Part shown: positions 40,861 to 51,725 of the stretch, one piece after another
Layout of the letters: each line of letters opens with the position of its first letter
How positions within the stretch are numbered: position 1 is the first letter of the stretch
Assembly (NCBI GenBank): GCA_012295275.1
Contig: CM022670.1
Span: 32,364,001 to 32,428,000 of the forward strand
Reading direction: 5' to 3'
Length of the DNA stretch: 64,000 nt
DNA from: Chrysomallon squamiferum
Taxonomy: Eukaryota > Animalia > Mollusca
Translations under genes and position numbers: made by a program
The notes under the pieces: generated by a model
What the model saw: the letters and a program-made list of their open reading frames with translations, nothing else
Databases searched by the model: none
What the model was told of the DNA's origin: nothing

Positions 40861-42512
40861 ATGAAAAATAAAATAAGATATATTTTTATATTTAATATCT
40901 TTTTACATCAACTATACCATTACAATAAATAAATTAATAAAATATTTCTTTTAAAATGTAAAAGTCTTTATTTTTTTTTTTTAAATAATCACAAAGTTAT
41001 TTCTTTATCTAGAATAATGAAGTTCATTATTTCTGAAACTTTATATGTTCAATATTATCAATAAAAAGCTACCTAATACAGTTATATGTCGGGCATCTGA
41101 CAAAGGTGACATTTTGTCACAATATTTTGTCATGTCCTTCTAGATACCATTAAATCCATTAAAAGAATTGCAGAAGACAAATAAATAAAGTTAGTTAATA
41201 AATCATAGTTTTGATTATTATTCGGTGAAAAAACAGTTGTTTATAATTATTGTTTACGAACTATTTTAGACAGATTGAATGTAACCTTATTGGATTTTTA
41301 AAAATATTTATTTTTTTACTAACAACTTTTGACAATCTGGATAAAACGTGGGATTTTTTGTTTTAAATGTATAATTTTTTTACAAACAGTGCACAAAATG
41401 ATAATAGTACCCAATGTCATCAGACTGTTTTATATGGGGATTAAGCATAGATTGACCACAATTAACATTCAGCATTAAAGTTATTATGATTGTTGTTTTG
41501 TTTTTTATATTTTTGTTATAGTATTTTACTATGCCAATACTTAAAATTTGGCTTGATGTAAAGCAAAGGCATTTGCTTGCATTTCATTGATTTACAGTTT
41601 AATATTTATTGTGGGGGTTTTCTGATTGTTATAAATACTATCAGCATACTTGTAGAAATAATACAGAAATCCTTTAATTTATCAAATATTTAAAAATAAT
41701 TCTCTTATTTAGAACCTACCAAATCCTCAAAACTGGAAATTAATTCAGCATGTGGATGAAAGTCACTGATTCATGTGTGTTTGTTAAAAACTAAATGTTA
41801 AATCAAGTTAGAAATAATAAAGAAATAAGATCAGTTAAAATAAAGATGATAAATAGCAGAAGAGAAATATAAAATTATAAATAATAGAGTGATTAAATAA
41901 AATAACAGATAATTTCTAAAAACAGTTATCATGTTGGAATTTAATAATTAATTAACTTGCAAGATATTGCCTGCATATTTTTAGATATCTGAAAATCAGT
42001 TTAGTTAGAATCATTTTTAATTTCTTTATCTTTTCAGTGTTTTTGTTTTTTATTTGAACTCTAAAATTCATTTATTTTTATTTTCATTATTTTTCCATAA
42101 GACTTTAATTTTTTTTATTTAAGTTGATGCCTGATCTGCTACTACTGAAATGAGAAATTCATTTATGTTAATTTTGTTGAAAATTATTCATCCCAATCTG
42201 ATGGTGTATTTACACTGCATTTTATATATTTACAATACTGATAAGTAAGTCAAAATATTTAAATTTAATGCAATAGCTTACTGATTTAACGTAAAGAAAA
42301 TAAAATTTAATGTTAAAATAAGTAAGTAAAAGGTATAAACATATGTTTTATATAAAACATGCCAGTGTGTAAATGAAATAAAAACTGAACAAGTGAAAAT
42401 AAAACATTAACATATAAAAACAACTGTGTATGATTATGTGTGTATGTTTATGTGTGAACATATGTTTATATATGCTTAAATACACATGCACTTTGTTATA
42501 TTCTGTATGCCT

Positions 42513-42514
<2 letters not shown>

Positions 42515-42562
<48 letters not shown>
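42515..42562. repeat. (GT)n microsatellite
   Basis: Perfect run. Confidence 0.95.
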
Positions 42563-42564
<2 letters not shown>

Positions 42565-42955
42565 GTGTGAATAAAACTATGTGCATATGAGTATGCATGC
42601 TTTTATGTGAGTATGTGTTATATACATTTAAGTATACATAAGTATATAAATTCATTCTGAACACACACACACCAATGTATATGTTTATGTTCATAGGTGA
42701 TAAAGAAATATGAGATGAAGTTCTGCATTTGTCAGATAACTTTAAAAATGGTGTAAAACATAAAATCATTTGTATGGAAACGAAGATCATGTTCTTTAAT
42801 TATCTCTATCATCTAAACAACACCTGTATTCTGTACCTGACACTGGAGTTGCACTACTGTAATAGTTATGTTGATGATTTCATTTTTATTATTTTCTTCA
42901 AAGAACAAGCTGTTGCATTTATGAGAATACATACATGTGTTGTTGGAAGGATCTT

Positions 42956-42959
<4 letters not shown>

Positions 42960-42996
<37 letters not shown>

Positions 42997-43023
42997 GAGA
43001 GAGAGAGAGAGAGAGAGAGAGAG
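42960..43023. repeat. (TA)n(GA)n compound microsatellite
   Basis: Direct inspection. Confidence 0.95.
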
Positions 43024-44084
43024 CAATTAAAATAGTGGCAATTAAAAACAAAATTTAAATACATTTTCAGAAAAAATTTAAAATGAAATAAGTTAGAATA
43101 GTAGAATGCTACAAACATGCCCTAGACATACATAAACTCGCACACATACACATGTATGTTTGTCTGTATATAGGTGTAAGTACATAGGTATTTTTCATGC
43201 ATATATTTACACACACATGTATACACTTGGACTAGTACACACACACACACACACACACACCAAATTTCTCATAAATTTCTTTTTGCTCACAATTTTCACA
43301 TTCATTTTATTAATATGACAGGTGATTTCAACTTCTCCATTTGATCAGAAAGCCCGTTTTTCACAAACTGAGGCAAGTAGCTAGCTGTGTGATTGATCTG
43401 CCTCAGTAGACCCATTAAATTATTTCCTGTTCTTGCCAAAGCTCTGCTGACTGGTATGTCAAAGATGTGATATATCAAAGAGCTTGTGCACAAAAAGCCA
43501 TGGTATGAAATTTAATTATAATCAGTGATGACAGAACCTTAGAAGTTGATATTTAGAGATAACTAACTTTGTAACAGCCAGAGATTTTTATTTGAATTTC
43601 ATAAAATTCTGACATCACTGTAACCCTGTGGCTGACACAGCTGTGGCTGGTTACACTGGTCAGCGCCATGGTTACCATTTCTCAGACATTGTGTTTCTTG
43701 TTTATAAATAATTTTGACCTCAGAAGGTTAAGATTTTAAAATAACTCATAAAGACAAAAGTCCTGTGTTCATCCTCTAGGGAAATCCATGCTTCCATCAA
43801 AGTCTTTTAAAGGAAAAACTTGTGAAAAAATTTAATAAATGTCTGCAGTAACAAGATGTGTCTTGAAGATTACATAGGAAGAAGATGAATGAATGCTGTT
43901 AGAAGATATTTAGTGGGACTGATGGAATAACCTAGCAAAAGAATGTTTAAATGGGTTTCAGAATCTTCCCCTTGTAAAAGTGAAATGTAATTTTCAGTGA
44001 ATTTTATATAGCTTGTCACATGATACAGAGAAAAAACAAAGATCAGTAGTGTGTATATGTGTGTGTATGTATAAATTTAAAATA

Positions 44085-44300
44085 AAAAAGAAAGTATTTT
44101 TGAATGGCATTTGATAAATCTTCCCGTCAGAGAATATCTTGAATAAAGAGCAAAAACCAGTAGTATCTTTCATTCATGTTTGAAAAACCATCAAATGACA
44201 CTGGCTAGAGTGGGAAATAGTCTAATGGGTTACCTAATAAGAAATGATCTTGTGCCCAGCAATATCTCAGCCAAGGCCTCTGACCACTAATCTATAGCCA
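44085..44300 (-). mobile_element. SINE copy with tRNA-like head
   Basis: The reverse complement reads ggctatagattagtggtcagaggcc...agatc...cccattagactatttcccactctagccagtg (A box plus body). Confidence 0.55.
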
Positions 44301-45488
44301 GTTTTGATTAATTTATTTGATACAAAAATGATATAATAAAAATTCACTGAATGATTTTTTTTATTTTTATTTATTTATTTTTTTATTATTATTATTTTTT
44401 TTTTCAAAAGTCTGACAGAGATTTTTGCATTTAACAGAATATATCTATGCATCTTGGCTTCCTTTTGACATTTTAATTTAGGATTCAGCTTCTGGGTTTG
44501 TGGCAAGATCAGTTATTTTGTTTCCTGTTCATTTCATTTACAGATAACAGTTTATCTTGCTATTATCCTTTAAGTTTTTTTATTTTTTGCTTCTTTTTTT
44601 TGTGCAGTCTTTAGTTCAATTGGCTATAAAACCAATAATTTTATTTTCAAATCTTATCATTTTTAAATTATATTTTATGAATCACAAGTACTGTTTTTAA
44701 AATGTTTTTCTTAAGATATTTAAACCCATTTTATATTATTGAAAACTTAAGTATAGTGCAATGATTTGCCAGTATTGGCTTTTTCAATTAGATTGCCAGA
44801 CCATAGATTGTGTTCATAACAGTTTCCTCGTACTGACTTTTTAAAGTATTGTAATGGAAGAAATTTTATCTCAGATATAATTGACATTATAAAATACTTT
44901 GTGAAAATTGATCTTTTTTTAAAGTATCCACATGTGAATAGTGTTTAGAATAGTGCAAGTACATGAAAAACTCCAAATCCTTTAACACATCCCAGTATAG
45001 ATTGGAAGAGATTTCTATGGTTTTTTTAATAGGATGGTTTTAATTTAAGAAAGCTGTTTAAAGTGTGTGAAATACTGCACCACTGCATCTCCAAGGAATT
45101 GGTCCATATTAAAAGTGCTTTGACTAGCTGCCAGAGATGTCATTCTATTAGATATATTTTGATACATTACTGAAGTAGATTTCATCCTTTGATTGAAAGA
45201 TTGTGTCTAAAGAAATGACTCAGTTCTCATTGACAATAATTCATAGGTTAATTAATATATAAATAATAACAATAAATAAATTAATATGTAAGTATTACTG
45301 CAGCAGCAGTGTAATAATGATAAACAGTGCCACCACACGGTTTCCTTTTTTTATTTAGCTTTTGAGAACTGCTTAAGTATCGTTTCTATCTTGACTACAA
45401 CCCAAGTGCACAAATGATTATGGGAGAAAAATACATTTAAAAACATGATAAAATACAAGGCATTATTAATATCTGGCACAGGTGTGGA

Positions 45489-45503
45489 GGCCGCCATCTT
45501 GGA
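45489..45503. promoter_or_regulatory. YY1/Pho consensus site GCCGCCATCTTG (may be a DNA-transposon relic motif)
   Basis: ggccgccatcttgga matches the established YY1 consensus, and its CpG is retained in a CpG-poor region. Confidence 0.35.
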
Positions 45504-46686
45504 TTAACAAATTTAAATATAGCGTGTTCCAGAACATTTTATAAATATTTCTGATAGTAGTTTGAAATGTTTATTCAAATTGTGCACTGACAGAAATTGA
45601 CATTATAAAGATGTTTTATAAAGTTAATATTAAAAGATTCCTAGGACATAAACAATTCATTGAATTATCATCAGCTTTGGCATTTCCAGGTGAACTCTGA
45701 ATATATAAATATTTGGTAAAGTTACATTCCACTTGTTCTTAGCTTTTAGATGATTGATAAACAGCTAGTATAGACCAAACTAGCCAAAAGTTAGAATGTT
45801 TTTGTGTATTCGCAGTTTGCTTTCAGCAGATAATGCTGCTGTTAAAAGGACATGAATAAAACATGTTTTATTATCATTTATACTTACTTTAAAAAAAACA
45901 CCCATTATGTCAAAACATTACATATTAAATTACATAACAAATTAATTTTTGAAAAATGGATCCATTTATTACTTTTCTTCAGTTTTGCATTGTGCACATC
46001 ACATAAACCTTTCATATGTCCTTTCATATACCATTTGCTTACAAATAAAACTTATATGTAAAAATATATATTATATTCTTACATAATATATTCTGTGTAG
46101 ACAGATAAAAAAAGGATAAAACAAAGTATAACAGTGAAAAAAAAAAAAAAAAAAAAAAAGAAGAGTAAAAAGAAAAATAAGGCTCATCCCATCATTCACC
46201 TGTTACATATATAAAAAAGTAATTCAGAATTAAAATCGTTTTTTTTAAATAAAAAAAATATTTTTCTGAATCAGTTTTAATTTTTTTTTTTTAATGTTCT
46301 TTAGAAGGTGAGTCTAGGAAAATTATGATTGGAATGACAACTTAGTTTTGTAATAAAATATATATTCTTGTAGATCTAAGTATGAAATTTCTTGTGATGT
46401 GCCTAATCTTGCTTTCAAATCAAAATGGCTTCATGTGCATTTTTTCTGTTACATTTTTGCAATCACATGTTAGACTGCTATCTTGGTAAAACCATATGGT
46501 CTCTCTGTCCTTTGTGGTATTTAAATTATATTAAAAAAAACTGCTGATGTTTTGCATTGATAATAATAAATATTTATAGCTGAATATGGTGTGTTATACT
46601 TGACATTTGTCACATTTAAAATTTTAAATTTTTGTTATCACAGATGTGTTGTATATTTTTGTCATGTATTTGAGTTTGTTTCTTTG

Positions 46687-46862
46687 AAGTTTAATAATTT
46701 ATATTTCAGTGTACACTGTTTTTGTCATAATTTATTTTTTAAGTGTATTAGTAATCAAATATATTTCTCATATTTCTATATATAAGAGATAATATATATT
46801 ATTTGCATGCATGCATTAAATGCATTATACATATACATATCACATAAGTATATATAAACACA
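46687..46862 (-). repeat. Solitary inverted, diverged copy of the satellite body without the 36-bp subrepeats
   Basis: The reverse complement reads tgtttatatatacttatgtgatatgtatatgtat...aatatatttgattactaatacacttaaaaaataaattatgacaaaaacagtgtacactgaaatataaattattaaactt, collinear with the array body. Confidence 0.9.
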
Positions 46863-47094
46863 TATACATACTACAGACATATATAAATATATTACATGCT
46901 TTACATATATCCATGCATATATTACAAACATTGGATTGAAACAAAAATACGTAGTGTTTTTCAGTAGGTATTGTTTGAGCATGACTAAAATATATAACAT
47001 GTATGCTGAAAGGTTAACAAAATGGCACATGTTTAGTTGAATAAATCTGTGTTCAAATATCTGAATATTTCTTTTATTCCAAACCAGTGCATAC

Positions 47095-47097
<3 letters not shown>

Positions 47098-47141
<44 letters not shown>
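47098..47141. repeat. (CA)n microsatellite
   Basis: Perfect run. Confidence 0.95.
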
Positions 47142-47143
<2 letters not shown>

Positions 47144-48254
47144 ACAAACATGCATATATATATATATACACACATGTACAAACATGCATGCATAAATACA
47201 TACAACACTGACTATTACTTTACCACTGCCACACCCTAACAGTAATAAAAATGCTTATCTTTAAAAGTGTTCATAGCATAAACAGATTTGTGTTTTTATT
47301 ACTTACACTTTGGATATCATATGAAAAAAAAGACAGAAACAATCAATCTCATTTGTTATTAATTTAACAGAATGTACAATATTTGTATTATTTAATTTTT
47401 TTAATAACATCCAAAATATTAATAAACATCATACAAATAAATTTTATTATTTAAGAAACAAAAACAACAACAATGTACCCTTTGGATGGCTTCTACCTAA
47501 AATGTTCTCTAAATGTAGTCCCTGATCTGTAAGTAATCTTTCATTATGATTCTATAGGTGTTGAACACTGAAAAAAAGTATTTTGTGAGTGCAGTTATAA
47601 TCTCTTACACGTCCAAGTTCTCTTCAAATAAATAATAAAAGCCAATACAAGGGACTTCAAAAGTAATTTATCAGTGTGGGTATAACCACCTGAAGGGAAA
47701 CATCTGAAGTTTAACAGAGCCAGACAATATCAGTTCATTGTACTGGACTGATGAAAATATGTGCACTTGAGATTTTCTTATAATTTGGTTTATTGTGACA
47801 AATAAAGCGGTCACCAAAGGTACAAGGGAAGTCACAGACATGAGCACTTGACTGTCACCAAAGTACTAATTGTCATCCAGCAGGCTAAATATAACATAGA
47901 AACATCACCAGTTTTCTCCAAAGCCTTTTCAGATATTCAATGTTTCTTTACCAAAAAATGTCACAAAGTAATAATTCAACTCTATACCTTAGAGGAATTA
48001 AATATATACCTCCCAAATCTCTGAAACACCATGCACCATTAAATTAAACAAATATTAAATGTAAATTAAATGGTTAAATGAAATATATTAGCATAAATTA
48101 AACAAGTTTATTAATAGAGGCTGCATCAGTTGTACCAGATTATTCATTTTAAAAAAGACTGGTTCGTATTTTACCTGGTTCCTATTTTACCTGGTCCAAA
48201 AGAGGTTTCAGTGTATGGAAAATAGACCATTCACCTGAATAGTTATCTTTAAAC

Positions 48255-48480
48255 AATGCCCACTCCAACCAGATCTGCACAGTTTTTTTTTTTTTAATCT
48301 ATGGGAAGGTGCATATTTACATAATCTGTTGCTGCTTTTTGAAGAAAAAAGAAGCTCACTGAATGTTTGCAGAAGATTTCTGTTTTATTATCTGGGTTAT
48401 CAGAAGATTTTTGTAATATGTCTTGTGTAAAGCATCTATTAAGAATGTATTCAGTAAATCATTAAATAAAACATTTATTT
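48255..48480 (+). mobile_element. SINE core and 3' end
   Basis: ctccaaccag...ctatgggaaggtgcatat...tgttgctgct...atcattaaataaaacattt. Confidence 0.6.
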
Positions 48481-48606
48481 CAGGTTAATCTATATGAATA
48501 TGATTTATATATATTTATAGTGTGATATAATTTACTGCTAGATACATTTTGAAAAAAGGATATAAAAAAATAAATAAATTGTTCTGTCTGAAAAATAGTT
48601 TGAAAT

Positions 48607-48637
<31 letters not shown>

Positions 48638-50580
48638 CCCATTATTCTGCTGATGTGTTCTAAATTCATTATAATACTGTTTATATATATATATATATAT
48701 ATTTTTTTTTTATAAACCTATAACAACTGTTACATTAATGCATGCTATATAGGTAGCATGAAATTATTTTATGTGTGTGGTTTTTTCTTTTCTGTGTATG
48801 TAATTGCACATAACAGTCACCTGTCATTAACAGGCACTTTTGACAGGTCCCCTGACTCACTGCTGTATACAATTTAAACTGTATGTGAAATTGGAAATGT
48901 TTTTCTCATGATTGTTTTCTAGATGCACACAATTGCTACTGTAAACTACTAATAATGATATGTTGTATAACCTGGTCCTTTCAAAATTAATTTCTTTTGA
49001 CATATTTTCATGGAAGATGTTTTTGTCTACAAGTGCTGCAGTTCTGTTAAAATTACCATTATGGATATAGATCCACAGAAAACCAATGCATTTAAGGAAA
49101 TGTTTCTTACTGGCAGTGAAAAATTAAGTCTAATTGTTATTGAAAAGACTATTATGAAATAATAATAATAACAACAGTGACAATGATAATAATAATAATA
49201 ATGATGATGATGAGCAATATGATCTCTTCATTACTTAATATCATCATTAATAACATAAAATTTAACTATCGTAGAAGATGATAAAAATGTATGATATGCT
49301 AGATAGAGATTGTTATAAATCTGCTAGTAAGGTCCATTAAGAGTAGTTTACTAGAGGAGAGTGATAAACGAAGCTATGGAGGTCACTATTATACTCTGGA
49401 GGTTAATTAAAACAACAAGGGAAGTGGGGTGCTGTGTCTTGAAAGAAAATACAACTGTGGCTTGAGAGATTAGAGGATCAATTCCCCTTAGTGTGTTTAG
49501 CTATGTATGTCTGTCTATCTGTCTGTCTCTGTATGTCTCCTTTGTTACTACTGATAAAAAATCTGTGGTGGTCACTGGTTTCTTTTCGTAATAAATATAT
49601 TAAAAACATGTTAGTGAAATTAACATTAAAAAGAGGTGTTTTTTCTTTTTTGTAGTTGTATATGAATGTGCATACATCAGCAGGTGTTAAAATAGCTTCA
49701 CATTTATGCAGAGATCAAAGAAACATGAAAGGTTTAAATAATAGCTGTACCTATTCAACCAAGTAGTATGGTAATTAGATTAGAATTGATAAACATGACT
49801 TCTGATATTAAATGTTGTTTAATGCATATGTAATATTTTAATTATTAATTTGTAAAAAAAAAATAATATTGATTGTAATATTGGCTAAAGGAAAGATTAT
49901 TCAAGGTAATCTAATTTTTGTGAGAAAAAAACACCACCTTTATAATTATTGTTTCTAATTTCATATGAATTGGATATTCCAGCAAATCACAGAACCAGTC
50001 TGATGCAGATTTTTGCATTATGAATTCATTACTCAGTCCGTTGTGGATTTTCACACATATTACTACTATTAATTCTTTCTTGTTTTATGGATAATAATAG
50101 AAGAAGAAGATAATAGAAATGTAAAGAATTATAGCCCATCAAAATTTTCCTTAACATGTATCCCAAGTTATTTTGGAATTGTAATATATGTTTATTCCAT
50201 CAAACAGAAGCAGATACATTTCTGCATTAATTTCTAAATCATGACATAAAGGGTACAGGTAAAATGTTTTTCAATAAGAAAACCAGTTCACAATCATTAC
50301 AAAAACTGTGTATTTCTGAAAAGGTCCTTATGAATGACTCTTGTAGATTCAAATCTCAATTATATATTTTTTACAATCTTGATCATGTGATTGTGAAGAG
50401 AAATACCAACAATTGATTATTTCTGATGAAGACTAAGACTGGTATATTGGTTTATTTTATGAATGTTTTGAAAATCTGATATTAATAGAGAAGTGATCAT
50501 ATCACTCTCAAAGGGTGTGTCCCATGAAATTCTAGGATCTAGGTAGATATTTGTGATGATAAAAAACTGATTATCTTAAG

Positions 50581-50665
50581 AGCGGAAAGATATCCAGTCA
50601 GAAATAGCCTGTTGTGCGGAACAAGATTTTATTCGTGTCAACTCATTCGAAATGAGTTTTGGCTG
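50581..50665 (+). CDS. Candidate third phase-2 exon: either a first exon coding only MSFG(C/W) from ATG 50652, or an internal exon reading ...RKDIQSEIACCAEQDFIRVNSFEMSFG
   Basis: CpG-rich patch. TG|GTGAGC donor at 50666 is in phase 2 relative to ATG 50652. The frame is open back to TAA 50577. Possible acceptors (aag 50580, cag 50597) are weak. Confidence 0.35.
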
Positions 50666-50884
50666 GTGAGCAAGTGTGGCTGCTGAAGACTGCGCAGTGG
50701 TTTACCAGTGACAGTGTGATTGACAAGGTGTGCAAGTGTGACAAATAGCCAAAGTTCTCTTGTGACACACATTACTATCACTGTTACAGTCACTATAAAT
50801 CTAAAACTTCAATACTTTATGGAATACTATCCTATTATAATCTTTGTTAAAAGCAAATGATTGATAAAAGTTTTCCCTCACTGC

Positions 50885-51694
50885 ATAGCTCTAAATATAT
50901 CAGAGAACATCAGTCACACAAAGATGGTAACTCACGTTTCTATGTACATATGTGATATGTATGAATAATGCATGCATGCAAGCATATATATTGTCTCTTA
51001 TATGTAGAATTATGACAAATATATTTGATTCCTAAAACACTTCAAAACTAAGAACAAGAACACTGTACACTGAAATACAGATGATCAAACTTCTAAATAC
51101 ATCAGTGAACACCTGTCACACAAGAGAAGTAACTCATGTTTTTATGTACATATTTGATATGTATATGTATGAATAATACATGCATATATATTGTCTCTCA
51201 TATATAGAACAATAACAAATATATTTGATTTCTAAAACATTTAAAAAATAAATTATGACAACAAAAGTGTACACAGAAATATAAATCATCAAACTTCTAA
51301 ATATATATATCACTGAACACTTCTCACGGAAGGGCAACAACTCTAAACATATCAGTGAACACCTCACACAAGGGCAGTAAATCATGTTTTTATGTGCATA
51401 TGCGATATGAATGTATGAAAAATGAATGCTTACAAACATATATATTATCTAATATATACAATTATGACAAATATAATTGATTACTAAAACATTTAAAAAA
51501 TAAATAATGAGAAGAACTGTGCACACTGAAATATAAATGATCAAACTTCTAATTTATATCAGTGAACACTTCTCACGCAAGCACGGTAACTCTAAATATA
51601 ACAGTGAAAACTTCTCATGCAAGGGCAGTAACTCTACATCAGTGAACACTTCTCAAGCAAGGGCAGTAACTCATGTCTGTACATATGTGATAAG

Positions 51695-51725
<31 letters not shown>

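Noticed and set aside
28001-47201. Many CVCV/YIYI/HTHT/poly-I/C ORFs
   Set aside because: They derive from RY-alternating and trinucleotide low-complexity DNA.
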